64,000 nucleotides of DNA from contig NC_043016.1 in the NCBI RefSeq assembly GCF_006345805.1, positions 18,972,001 to 19,036,000 on the forward strand, in the 5' to 3' direction. Position 1 is the first letter of the stretch. Each line of letters starts with the position of its first letter. The position numbers and the translations under genes are program-made. Below, in pieces: positions 49,000 through 61,157 of this stretch. The notes under the pieces were generated by a model. That model saw only the letters and a list, made by a program, of their open reading frames with translations, searched no databases and was not told the origin of the DNA. The stretch is from Octopus sinensis (Eukaryota).

Positions 49000-51900
49000 T
49001 CAGTTCGTAGGGAAAAATATTATCCTAAAAATCACTAGATTAAATAAACATTAAATTGACTACGCGTGTTTCGTGACTATATATTTAAATCGATAATATT
49101 AAAAGTTAATATTAATTCGATTTAAAATCATTTAGATTTAAAAATATAGCCACTCTTCAGTTCTAAAATAATATAAAATAAATATTAAACAATAAATATT
49201 AAAATATATGTATCTTAACAATAAATAATCTAATAAAATTTAACAATATTAATGAAAAGTAAGATCAAAACTTATCGCATTGATGAATAGCAGTTAACTG
49301 AAATTTTAAACGTTAAACTAAGAAACTAGCGTTAACTTTAAAAAAAATAGATGAAGATATAATAATTAAACAAGAAATATAGAAATATATGTATCGTAAC
49401 AATAAATAGTCGAATGAAATGTAACAATATTAATGAAAAGTAAAATCATAACTTATCTTATTGAAGAATACCAGTTAAATGAAATTTTAAACGTTAAACT
49501 CAGGATCTAGCGTTGCTAAGAAATCTATCACGCTAAAACATGACGTAAATAATAAATAGAGAATAAATAAATAGAAATATGTATTTTAGCAGTGTAAATA
49601 AGAAATAAATTTGATGTAATATACCATATACTGGGGAAAATTCTAAATTCTCAATACTTCAAAACTAAAACATTATCCGTAAAATACATAAAATAAACTA
49701 AATTTCGATAAATTAATATAGATTCATTAATTAATTTATTTATTTATTTATTTTATAAACACCTTGGTGTAATCTTATTCTAATTATGTTCATACACTAC
49801 ATAATCTACTGCTAATTTATACTCATTATCCTACTACTAATTATAACTACATAAATTAGTAACATAAATCAAGATTTATATATATACACAAATTAGCTAA
49901 ACGTATTATATAAGTAACTTAACCTAAGTCTACATTTAATATTTCACTCATCTTGGAAATTAATCAGTTTTTTATTATTAGATAGTAATATACCCATAAA
50001 TTCATTTGTACATAGTAAACAAAAATTATCACCTATTCGATAAGATTTAGCCTTACAAACTATCTCCCAATTTAAATTATACTTAATTCCTTTAGATTTC
50101 AATACCCATATATATTTGTTAACCCCAGTAGAATTAATCAATGTTTTATTCTTAAATTAATGCATGTGTTGATCAACCCTTAATTTAATTTTATTAGAAG
50201 TCGACCCCACGTAAATCGCATTTAAATTATAACTATTCCTATTAATATTATCATCTATCACAGTCACTACACATTTATATACTACATCATCCAAATTACA
50301 TTTATTTTTAAATTTACCTTTTGTCTTATCTCTGCATGTACAATTAATTATATCCTGGCCTTTATTATTATTGGAATAATTATTTAATTTGTTACTGTAA
50401 AACTTACTAAGCTTAAATCTATTAAAAGTAGAAATAATGTTACCAACATTATTATTATTAGAATAACCATCTCCAAAATTATTACTAGAAAAAATGTTAT
50501 ATTTTTTATTACGTATAATGAATACTTCAATTAGTTTTAATATCTCTTTAATTTTAATTTGAGTCCCATAAGGAATAATTAACCAAATTTTGTTCTTATT
50601 ATTAACAATATTTTTATTTATTACATTATTATATTTATTATTATCATTAAGCGAATTAAATCTATTCTTATCTTTTAGTCTATTATTATATTTATTTTTT
50701 TTATTATCATGATACCTATTATTAAACCACAATTAACTAAATAAAATTTAACATAATTCTTAATATTAGGTTTATTATTATAAATATCATAGGAATCATT
50801 TATATTATAATCTTTTATATTATAATTATATTTACAATTATTAAAGAATTCAATACTATTATTATATCCCGCCTCCCGCAAGTCTTCATTATAATAAGGT
50901 GAGTGTGTTTGGAAAATCTCAAAATTAGAAGAAAGCAACGATATTCTTTTACCTATATTATCTATCAACGATTTCTTAATTGAGGATGGGTGATTACTAT
51001 TAGCATTAATATATCTAAGATTTTCATAAATTTTATGGAATGGTTGGGTTTTACCTGTTATTTAATTAAAATTAGCATTTAAATAATTAACATTATACTT
51101 CTCTTTATATATATAGTAATACCTAATCCATATCTCAAAAAAAACTATATAATTTCTTCTTGTATAATTCTAGTGTTCTCTATTGGTGCAATTCTTAGTA
51201 ATAAAAGATCATCCCTATATAATCCACTCTCCGATAATAAATAAATACTTACTAAATCAGCCACTTGGGCTGAATCGGATGCCCTCATAGGTGTATCAAA
51301 ATCGTCCCTAGTATCTTCCTAGCCCCAACTTTATTATTATATCTAATCAACGATTTCCTAGCGGCTTTAACTACATTAACTTCCTCAGAAGTAATTCCAC
51401 CTTTATTCATTGCATAAATTAGGGCCTTATTGAGTACAATCTAATTTATAAAAGAATAATAATTATCTATATCTATTTGAATGAATTTATATCTATTTTT
51501 ACCTTTAGTATTATTAAAACATTTTAAAGTATGATTAGTACTACTCTAAAGTTTTAGATAACTAAGTTCTTTTAATCTATTAATATATTTATCTAAAATG
51601 ATCTTAATTTACCTAGATATAATTTATATGGACAAATATGTCTAACTTTTGGGTCAGAATAAAAATTATCCTTGTGGTCTTTTAAAGTAACTCTAGAGTG
51701 CATAGGTACATAAGGTTCAGTTTTATTGTCTAACTCATATTTCATCATGATTAATTTAGAGGCCTTATTTATATTATAAAGAGTATATTCAGGAACAATT
51801 TATATTTAATATTTATTTATTTCTCTAAGAGATTATCATATAATTTAACATCTTGTTTATACATATTCCTAGTTTTATCTGATTGTACTATAATTCCTTC

Positions 51901-52330
51901 CATATTTCGCATTTCTTTTATTCTAATAGCTAGATTTCTTAAATATTCATTGTGCCTATATGGGTATCTATGAAATATAATATTTTTCACCACCTTCCAA
52001 ATATTATCCTCTAAAACCCGTATTTCTCTATTATACGGGGGTTCATTTCTAGATTTAGATTTTGTATTAATATAATTAGTACTCTCTACATCGTTAATAT
52101 TAGATATGTTACAATTATTGTAGTAGGCTTTCCATTTTATCCTATTACTAATTTTTTTTACATCATTAAATTTCAAAATATATTCTTTTCTAGATAGTAT
52201 AGGAATATCTTTCAAAGATGAATTCCAAAATAGTGGTTCTACTGCTACTCTTCCCCCAACTATTTCCTGCAACGACCACATATTTCTGATTATCTCAAGT
52301 ACACGACAAAAGTTGGAGCTAAAGAACATT
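49000..52330 (-). mobile_element. Penelope-like element (RT + C-terminal GIY-YIG), degenerate, very AT-rich
   Basis: IIVQSDKTRNMYKQD..YDNLL; DFDTPMRASDSAQVADLV; GLYRDDLL (~51205-51225); CTCRDK..KCNLDDVVYKCVV..IYVGSTSNKIKLRVDQH; NSTGVNKYIWVLK..NWEIV..CLLC. HHR in the 3' UTR. Confidence 0.9.
49057..49164 (-). ncRNA. Hammerhead ribozyme motif in PLE 3' UTR
   Basis: CUGAAGA; stem II GUGGCUAUAU/AUAUAGUCAC; GAAAC-ACGC-GUA; stem I decayed. Confidence 0.7.
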
Positions 52331-52679
52331 TAATAAAACCTTTTTAATAATAAATGGAAATAGTAATGATGATAATAACAATAGTAGTGGTGGTGATGGT
52401 GATAATGATAATATTGACAATAGTATGCTACAGCTTCTAATACTACAACTACTACTATTCTTATAGCACATGTATATTCATACATGTATATACATATATA
52501 TACAATTGCTCCGGGATCACATTTGGCAAGAAGTTGATAATTGTTCTGCTCATGACATTGCTTGGACCCTAAGTAAGCCATGTGTAAAATTTGAATGAAA
52601 TCGGTTGGGTAATTCTCGAGTTTTAGTGATGCAAACATTCTCAGTTTTATGTATATAGATTATTATTATTATTATTATT

Positions 52680-53378
52680 GAGTGAGAGAGCAGTGCATGC
52701 CATCAAAGTGACACTGGGGTAAAATATACGAAGCCCAGTATACCCATCATGACTACCCGTCTGATAAAGGTACACCAGGCACATGTCACACCCATATGTG
52801 CGCGACATGGTGATCTCATATCAAGATAAACAGCACATGACCTTGCAGGTGGGCCCAGTTAGAATTTTCTTCAGGTTGAGTAGCCCATCCTGCTCAAAAG
52901 GTCCCTGAATAAGGGTTGTTTAAGGATGTTAAAAGAACCACCCATGTTTCCAGAGGTGAATTATTCAAACCCCAAAGAATCCCTCTCAACACATGGCTAT
53001 GATGCTCCCCCACTACTTCTGCTCGTGATCAGAGATGCACATATCGTCAGCCGCTAAGGGACATGCTTAACTGGTTAAGGTCAAACAACTGACAAGCAAA
53101 TCTGTGGTATTGAGCAGAATATTTGCTGTAGCCCATCTTTTATACCAAGACAAAACAATGTACATGATAACACTTCCAATCAGTTAAGATCAGAAGCCAT
53201 GAGAGCCACTGCCTGGTACTGCATCAGGGCATACAACTGACAAGCAAATCTGTGGTATTGAGCAGAATATTTGCTGTAGCCCATCTTTTATACCAAGATA
53301 AAACAATGTACATGATAACACTTCCAATCAGTTAAGATCAGAAGCCATGAGAGCCACTGCCTGGTACTGCATCAGGGC

Positions 53379-53380
<2 letters not shown>
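52680..53380 (-). mobile_element. ~550-bp family, copy 3, with a tandem duplication of its terminal 148 bp
   Basis: 53085-53232 and 53233-53380 differ at one base by my reading. Confidence 0.85.
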
Positions 53381-53445
<65 letters not shown>

Positions 53446-53447
<2 letters not shown>

Positions 53448-53657
53448 GGTGGCAAGCTAGCAGAATCGTTAGCCAGGCGAAATTCTTAGCGACATTTCGT
53501 CTGTCGCTACGTTCCGAGTTCAAAATTCACCGAGGTTGACTTTGCCTGTCATCCTTTCGGGGCCGATAAAATAATTACCAGTTACACACTTGTTCAATGT
53601 AATCGACTATTTCCTTCCCCCAAAATTTCAGGCGTTGTGCCTATAGTAGAAAGGATT
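53446..53657 (+). mobile_element. SINE family B
   Basis: GGTGGCAAGCTAGCAGAATCGTTAGC..GAGTTCAAAATTC..ATAGTAGAAAGGAT. Confidence 0.8.
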
Positions 53658-53728
53658 ATTGTTGTTGATGTTGTTGTTCTTGTTCTTGTCGTCGTTGTCG
53701 TTGTTGTTGTTATTGTTATTATTATTAT

Positions 53729-54938
53729 CATATACTCACAACAGATTAGACTGTTTGAAAAGAAAAATATCCTAAGATGGGCTACAACAAGTAACCTTAG
53801 ATGTCAATAATCTCCCGAAGAATCCTAGTTGTCCCTAATAACACTGTGTTATAACACTGGGTTTTATGCCTATTTCTTTATCCATCTGTTCCGATCTTTA
53901 GGGATAGTTCCCAATGCAGCTATAACTCATGACTAATATTGCACACTTATGTATGCCGAATTCCATGACTATAACTTTGCTGAAGAGTTTTACAGTCTGT
54001 ATTAAGTAATCTATCTTTTTTACATTCTTACTAAAAAGCTTCATCATCCATGTTGAGCAAATGGTTAATTTTTCTGACCTGATATCCTTTACCTTCCTTA
54101 ATACTAAACTGAGGGGGATCAGATATAAGACAAATATTAAAAGGGACAGCGAGTCCCCTTGGAAATTTCCTCTTTCGATATTAACTTTCCCTAAGACTGT
54201 GTCACCTGAGTAGAGATCTACTTTCCAGTTATTCATGCTACAGTTAATTAATTCTCTTAAGTTGTCTGAATATACTCTAGCATTCACTTATCGTGGGCCC
54301 TTCCAATTCGGCATGCTTCCTAACACTTTACTCATTAATGCAGTAGTTGATTTGGGATCTGGCTGCTTCTCGATCACTATTTCTTCCTTCACTTTTTTAA
54401 AATCATACTGCATCTCCATTATGATTGACTGGTTTATCCCAAACATTACTTCAGAAATTTTTAGCTTCTTCTGCATTAGGTTTCTCATATTCAGTACTTC
54501 ATTCTCCGCTATTTATTTGGTTATTAAATCTATTCTGATCTGTCTCAGATAATCTATTCTGTTGATACTAATATATTATTTTCTGATATCTGGAGAGCTT
54601 GCCTGCTAGTGCTATGATACGCTGTTTCAACTCTTCTATTACTGTCCCAAATCCTTTGACTAAGTATCTTTTCTCAAAGGAAGATTTGAATCTTGTGTTT
54701 CCTAACTTGTCCAGTTTTCAAGCTTCTTTTCTACTGATATTTTGTCTTAAAGTCTTCACTTTATTTTGTAGTCTTTTTCCACATTTGCTCTTTTGTAATC
54801 TTTCCCTGTGAGATATCTAATCTTCTAGTGACTTTTACCCTTCCTGCATAGACCAATAAGTTAGTGTCTCCTATATTTTAGTATACTGATAACAGAATTT
54901 ACTTTTTTAGTCATTTCTAGCAGCTCCCTTCTGTTTTA
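53729..54938 (-). mobile_element. Internally deleted copy of the Dong/R4-like family of 15175-18600
   Basis: Same 3' UTR; junctions near 53927 and 54292 skip about 1.0 kb and 0.43 kb relative to the longer copy. Confidence 0.8.
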
Positions 54939-55108
54939 TAATAATTATTATTATTGTTGTTGTTGTTGTTGTTGCTGTTGCTTTTGTTGTTGTTCTTGTT
55001 GTTCTTGTCATCATTATCATCATCATCACCACCACCATCACCACTATCATCATCCTCATAAACATCATTATTACTATGACTATTATTATTATTATATTAT
55101 TATTATTA

Positions 55109-55163
<55 letters not shown>

Positions 55164-55204
55164 GTTGTTGTTGTGTTGTGTTGCTGTTGTTGTTGTTATG
55201 AAGG

Positions 55205-55469
55205 CGAAGGATAATAGATGTTACAGTATAACTGAAAGCTTGGGGAGGGGAATTGGCTGGGGCAGTAGCGTAATATCTTCATGTAATAAAACAAATACAT
55301 TTAAATTGAAAGGGTTTTTCTAAGAATGTGGGCAGTACTTGTCAGCACAATCTTTTGGATTTCTCTGAGACGTGGTTCTCCTGGGATATTACCTATCTAT
55401 CTATATATCTATTTATCTATCTATCCATCTATCTATCTATCTATCTATATATCTATCTATCTATCTATA

Positions 55470-55530
<61 letters not shown>

Positions 55531-55625
55531 ATCTATCTATTGATCTATCTATCTATCTATCTATCTATCCATCTATCTATCTATCTAGCTATCTATCTAT
55601 CTATCTATCTAGCTATCTATCTATC

Positions 55626-55667
<42 letters not shown>

Positions 55668-55730
55668 CCTCATCATCATTATCATTATTTTTATTATTAT
55701 CAATATTATTATCATTATTATTATTATTAC

Positions 55731-55782
<52 letters not shown>

Positions 55783-56011
55783 GTTGTTGTTGTTGTTGTT
55801 ATTGTTATTATTATTACTATTTTTATTACTATTATTATTATTATTACTTTCTATTTATCACCGGTTTTGTTGGAGCCCCTGGAGTCTTGCATGCGCATCG
55901 GGCTTGCTACCTGCAGCTATGGTACCATGCTATTCGTTCTTTTCAGCTATCTAATACTTTCCTGATTATTCTGGCCGTACCGAGAGCATAGTACGAGAAA
56001 GATTTGGCAAA
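55205..56011 (-). mobile_element. Two short Dong/R4-like 3' ends (55205-55393 and 55848-56011) around a (TATC)n/(TTA)n array
   Basis: IPGEPRLREIQKIVLTSTAHILRKTLSI* and LGTARIIRKVLDS*. Confidence 0.7.
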
Positions 56012-56105
56012 TTAAGCAACCAAAAGAGTTGTTCAATTGGTTCATTTGCTGATATGTATAAGTAAACAAAAACTAAAAGACACATACACACACACACACA
56101 CACAC

Positions 56106-56313
56106 GTTTGTGTTTGTCACCCCCACCACCATTACTTGACAACCGATGTTGTTGTGTTTGCGTCTCTGTGACTTAGCTGTTCAGCAGAAGGGACTGTTAA
56201 AATAAGCACCAGGCTTTCGGCGAATAAGTCCAGGGGTCAATTTCAATTTCTTCAACTAAAGGGTAGTACTCCAGCAGGGCCACCGTCAAATGACTGAAAC
56301 AAGTAAAAGAATA
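56106..56313 (+). mobile_element. SINE family C, 3' part
   Basis: CTTGACAACCGATG..GAATAAGTCC..AAATGACTGAAACAAGTAAAAGA. Confidence 0.75.
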
Positions 56314-56484
56314 CCAGAAAAACGTTCCGTACCACTAAACCAAGAGGGATCTCTGAGTATGTACAATGTATCCTAAGTCTAAATAGTAATTCTCTTTACG
56401 TTTGAGTAAATAAGATATTTTCGTTGGATTATATACTTATCGGTTTTACCCTTCTTTCTATATTCTTAAGCTGTCGCAATATAC

Positions 56485-56698
56485 TTTTCTACTAATAAGC
56501 ACGTCCTGAAATTTTGTGTGGTAGAGGGCCAATCAATTAGATCGACCCCAATACGCAACTGGTACTTAATTTATCCACCCCGAAAAGATGAAGGACAAAA
56601 TAGACCTCGGCAGAATTTGAACTCAGAACATAAAGACTGACGAAATACCGCTGAGCATTTCGCTCGGCATGCTAACGATTCTACCAGGTCGCCGCCTT
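56485..56698 (-). mobile_element. SINE family B
   Basis: AAGGCGGCGACCTGGTAGAATCGTTAGC head on the minus strand. Confidence 0.8.
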
Positions 56699-56804
56699 TA
56701 ACTGTCACAATATAGAAACATTTCTCATGGCACCAGCACACAAATTAGAGATACTTTCATTTTTTAAATATTTTCCGTGAATTTTTCCCGGGGCCAGCTA
56801 GTTA

Positions 56805-57432
56805 TTATTTTTTTTCCCTTCTTTCTCCAAATTTCCTTCCATTTCTCGCCGAGTGTTTTCCGTAAACCTAGGGCAGAGAAGCTCATTGTATGCATTCCCA
56901 GATTACACACGCAAATTCACAGGTAAAATTTGTATTTAAAAAAATTAATAAACGAATAAATTCATGAATGGATGTTGTTTTCACACCGATAATGCTCTTC
57001 TCAGTACATGTGCCGTTCCAGTTACCACGACTTTTTGCGCTTCCTGTAGAGATGGTAAGCCTGGTATCATTTTCATATAGGTTTCAGTACCTTTTTTAAA
57101 ATCATTCCTAAAGATCATACAATCACTGGTAATGTAGTCGCCTTGAGATGCCACATTTTTTCAATTTCTATTAGCAAGTCTTTATATTTACTGATCTTGT
57201 CAAATTCTTTCGCCGCTATATTGTGATCGCAAGGAATACTCATGTGAGTTAATAAACACACCATTTTTTGTCTGATATTTTATAATAATATCCGGTTAAT
57301 TAGATTTTATAGTTTTGTCGGTATGTAGGGGGAAGTCCCATAGAATCGACACATTTTCTCCCTCAGTCACAGCTTCAGGACGGTGTTTATACCATTTGTT
57401 GGCGGTTTTGATTGTCCAGTGTAAAATGGCCC
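56805..57432 (-). mobile_element. Dong/R4-like LINE 3' end with RLE domain
   Basis: WYKHRPEAVTEGENVSILWDFPLHTDK..PDIII..KISKYKDLLIEIEKMWHLK..AHVLRRALSV*. Confidence 0.8.
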
Positions 57433-57864
57433 TAGGGAATTAATTCACTCGACCTTTTTTGAAACTGGCACAAATAGCTCGTTGAAGTAAGTTAACTCGG
57501 CAAATCGAAGATAATTTAAAACTTCTCTCGAAGACTGAGTTTATCTCCAATCAGTTTTCGTAACATAGATTGTATACATCTAGGCCATTTTCTTCATCTT
57601 TCTTCTCATTCAAAACGGCTGCCATCGGTCACTAGAGACTTAGTTCAAGTAGCACAGCCGTCGAGCGTATTTTTGCCACACGCCGTCTTATATACAAAAA
57701 TGGATAGCAGTCGTACTGCTCTCCATTTCACTTTCAAAATCAAAATATAATTTAATCATTAGTGTTTTGTATCACTTGTTGTTATTGTTATTATTGTTGC
57801 ACCCGTTGTATCACACACACACTCATGCACACACACGCATATACATATACGTACATATATATAT

Positions 57865-58305
57865 AGTTGAGTAGTTGAATGAATTATCTTATTATGGATA
57901 ATTCGGTTAACCGATACCTGGGTAGCAAATTTACGTCAGAAAAACACGGTTGAAGCTACATGCCTAGGGCAGAGATCACGTGCTATCGTGTGGAAATTTG
58001 TGTTTTTTTTTATACAAATAAATGAAAGAATGGAGTTGAACGACGAATTAACAAAATTCCTTTATTTTATTTTCGACATGTTTCGCTATGGGCTCCGTGT
58101 TGGCAGGCATCTAAAAATGTTTGTGCATCTTGATGCTGACATAAGTTCCTTACTTTTCCTGATGAGAAGGCGGCATAATGCACCCCTTATTCCTTCGAAA
58201 TTAGGAATATGCAGCCTTCGAAACAAAGTCGAAAATAAAATAAAGGAATTTGTTAATTCGTCGTTCAACTCATTCTTTCATTTACATATTTATATCTTTA
58301 TATAT
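57865..58305. mobile_element. Fold-back unit (arms 58020-58085 and 58219-58284; left arm extended) between TA tracts
   Basis: The arms are reverse complements; the right arm completes an HHR whose 5' half lies in the spacer. Confidence 0.75.
58154..58235 (+). ncRNA. Canonical type-I hammerhead ribozyme motif
   Basis: Stem I TTTTC/GAAAA; CTGATGA (58159-58165); stem II GAAGGCGGCATA/TATGCAGCCTTC; GAAAC-AAA-GTC, predicted cut after 58230. The mirror arm reads GAAAC-AT-GTC (palindrome ACATGT). Confidence 0.8.
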
Positions 58306-58760
58306 ATATATAATATACGGAGTAAACACATAAATGTGAAACAAGTGGAAAAAAGAGTACTCAAATACCAGTGGTAGAGTAATATGCTTTATTTTAAGCA
58401 GCAGAAAATTCAAATAAAGTATATATATATATATATATATATATTCAAATAAAGTATATATATATATATATAATATATATTATATATATATTACGTTATA
58501 AAAAATAGGGGTTCAGTAAAATAATTTACTTTACCACACACCGAACTTTTAGAAATAGCAGCCAAAATCTTAGCTATTTCTTCTACGGTAAGAAAAAATC
58601 TCCCAGACAATGCATACTCAAAAATAACTCACACAGGTATAGAGGGAAAATAACAAAAGATCACACGTATATAAGATTAGTGATCTTTCGTTATTTTTCC
58701 CTCTATACCTGTGTGAGTTATTTTTGAGTATGCATTGTCTGTGAGATTTTTCTTACAATA

Positions 58761-60051
58761 CGAGGGGCGTTCAATAAGTAATGCCCCTGACCCACTTCCC
58801 ATACCAGTAGAGCAACGGAACTTGGCACAGTTATTGGTCTTTTTCTACATAGGAACCACTCAGAGTTACGCATTTCTCCCATTGTTTGATCCAGCTCTGG
58901 AGACCGTTTTTGTAAAAGACCCCAGCTTGGTCCTCCATCCACGACATGACTTTAGAAATCAAGGCTGCATCATCTGGGAAATGCTTTCCTTTCAAAAACA
59001 ACTTCATGGCTGGGAAGAGATGAAAATCAGAGGATGCAAGGTTAGGAGAGTAGGGGGATGGGGGAGGAGTTCATAGCCGCACGCCTGTGCTTCTGATCTG
59101 GCGACACGCGAATTGTGGACCGGAGCGTTGTCCTGCAGGAGGAGGATGCATTCGCTGATCTTGCCCCACCTCTTGATTTTGATAGCTTCTTTTAATTTCC
59201 TCAAAAGTGAAGCATAATAGGCTCCTGTAATTGTGGTACCTTTTGCCAGGAAATCTGTCATCACTACTCCGTCCTGGTCCCAGAAGACTGTGAGCATGAC
59301 CTTGTCAGCGGAGGGCTGCACCCTTGCCTTCTTTGGAGGAGGTGAGTCACGGTGCTTCCACTGCATTGACTGGGCTTTGGTCTCTGGATCATAGTGATGG
59401 ACCCAGGTTTTATCCTGTGTAATCAGTCTTTTGAAAAAGTTTGACTCATCTTCTTGGTACGTCTCCAAATTCATCCTCGAGCACTCGACGGGTTCTTGCT
59501 TCTGGAAAGGTGTGAACAGCCTGGGAATCCACCTGGCAGACACCTTTTGCATATGCAAATGGTCATGAATGATAGTTCCACTGACCCGGTACTAATCTTG
59601 ACCTCATGGGCTATTTGGCGAATAGTTATGCGTCGATCTACCAAAATGGCAGCCTCAACTTGACGGACAGATGCCTCATCAATGGCAGAGAGGGGTCGAC
59701 CAGATCTGGGAGCTGTTTCCACAGAGTTCCGACCATGTTTGAATTCACGATGCCAGCGTTTTTACAAGGTCATATGATGGGACATCATCACCATAAGTTA
59801 CTTTCATTTCATCAAAAGTCTCCGTGGGTGTGCGTCCTTTCAAATACAAAAACCGGATCACTGCTCGACGCTCAACAGGCTCCATTTCACACTTGACTCA
59901 GTTCAAATACCTGTAAATCAGAACCATACTTAGTTCAGAGCTGTAATTTGCCACCTAATCTATAGAGATATAAGTAATTGCACATGCAAAATTTCAACTC
60001 GATCAAACACCTGGAAGTGGGTCAGAGGCATTACTTATTGAACGTCCCTCG
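58761..60051 (-). mobile_element. Full-length mariner transposon (1291 bp) with TA target-site duplication
   Basis: TIRs CGAGGGGCGTTCAATAAGTAATGCCCCTGACCCACTTCC and GGAAGTGGGTCAGAGGCATTACTTATTGAACGTCCCTCG; TA at 58759-58760 and 60052-60053. Confidence 0.95.
58831..59885 (-). pseudogene. Mariner DD34D transposase, frameshifted
   Basis: MEPVERRAVIRFLYLKG..; ARWIPRL; LITQDKTWVHHYDPE; LLLQDNAPVH; HPPYSPDLAPSDFHLF in a shifted frame; stop TAA at 58831-58833. Confidence 0.9.
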
Positions 60052-60238
60052 TAGAAGAAATAGCTAAGATTTTTGGCAGCTATTTCTAAAAAGTTCGGTG
60101 TGTGGTAAAGTAAATTATTTTACTGAACCCTATTTTTATAACGTAATGTTTCAAATATACCGTAAATGGTCTTTTACATACTGAACACTACTTGGTAAAA
60201 TTAATTATAATTAATTAGTTTTATCCTTTTATTATTGA

Positions 60239-60303
<65 letters not shown>

Positions 60304-60334
60304 ATCAAAAAATAAGCAACAAGAATGAATCCGG

Positions 60335-60426
60335 TAATTAGTACAATTGTTTCATACTACAACATTTTATTAAAAGCTGTAAATATTACAGCAGATTTAA
60401 GATGCCGAGTAATCTTCAGCTAATTT
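60335..60426 (-). ncRNA. Hammerhead ribozyme motif (family A)
   Basis: Stem I AAUUAG/CUAAUU; CUGAAGA; long stem II; GAAAC-AAUU-GUA; palindrome ACAAUUGU. Confidence 0.7.
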
Positions 60427-60588
60427 TATATAGGTTTTCCAATAATATAAAGTTTTCAAATCAATTAATAACATCTTAGGGAAGGTAAATATACAGATAA
60501 AGATGTAAATATCAATCTTAGGAACATGAGGTCGTGTAGTTCAGGTGCCAACTGACCAAAATCTTTATATTATTGGAAAACCTATATA

Positions 60589-60680
60589 AAATTAGCTGAA
60601 GATTACTCGCCATCTTAAATCTGTTGTAATATTTACAGCTTTTAATAAAATGTTGTAGTATGAAACAATTGTACTAAATT
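60589..60680 (+). ncRNA. Hammerhead ribozyme motif (family A, mirror)
   Basis: CTGAAGA at 60596-60602 and GAAAC-AATT-GTA at 60662-60673; stem I TTAG/CTAA. Confidence 0.7.
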
Positions 60681-60896
60681 ACCGAATTCATTCTTGTTGC
60701 TTATTTTTTGATTATTTTTTATTATAATCACCCCGCATATTTTTATGGATAACACCATAAAAAATCCTGGTGCATCTAAATTAAGTGCCATATTCATTTG
60801 AATCTAAATTGTTGCTGAACTTATATATATTTATATACAGACACACGTCGGTGTGTGTGTGTATGTGTGTGTGTGTGTGTGTGTGTTTGTGCGTGT

Positions 60897-61068
60897 GAAG
60901 GCGCATGACTCAGTGTTTTGGCGTCGGGCTCACAGTCTTGAGGTTAGTGAGTTTGATTCTCGGACGGGGCTGTGTGTTGTGTTCTTGAGCTAGGAAACTT
61001 TAGTTCGCGTTGCTCCAGTTCACTCAGCTGTAGAAATGAGTTACAAAGTTACCGGTGCCAAGCTGTAT
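60897..61068 (+). mobile_element. tRNA-derived SINE (related to family D), 3'-truncated
   Basis: GAAGGCGCATGACTCAGTG..GAGTTTGATTCTC..GTGTTGTGTTCTTGAGC..CTCCAGTTCACTCAGCTG. Confidence 0.7.
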
Positions 61069-61157
61069 AACCCTTTCTATTAGACATGCTTTACCTTTGT
61101 GCCGGTTCTAAACTGTTCCTCTATTTACACTAAAACTTTGGGAGTATAGTGCGATTG

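Larger units (their letters stand above)
58491..60240. repeat. 174-bp-arm palindrome interrupted by a mariner; right arm extended ~95 bp to (TA)n
   Basis: Left arm 58491-58664, 15-nt spacer, right arm 58680-58760 plus 60054-60146. Confidence 0.85.
60302..60822. mobile_element. Fold-back unit, family A, second copy (opposite orientation to 2607-3187)
   Basis: Arms ~60302-60455 and ~60562-60714; right extension 60715-60822; spacer and extension are homologous to the first copy. Confidence 0.8.

Noticed and set aside
52505-52660. Helentron/DINE-like terminal motif (AAATTTGAATGAAATCGG..TTTTATGTATATAGAT)
   Set aside because: Single short fragment without subterminal inverted repeats; not enough to classify.
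53230-53380. HDV-like ribozyme at the 5' end of the 550-bp family or of the LINE at 34400-34540
   Set aside because: Expected by analogy with R2/R4, but I could not build a P1/P1.1/P2/P3 pseudoknot by eye.
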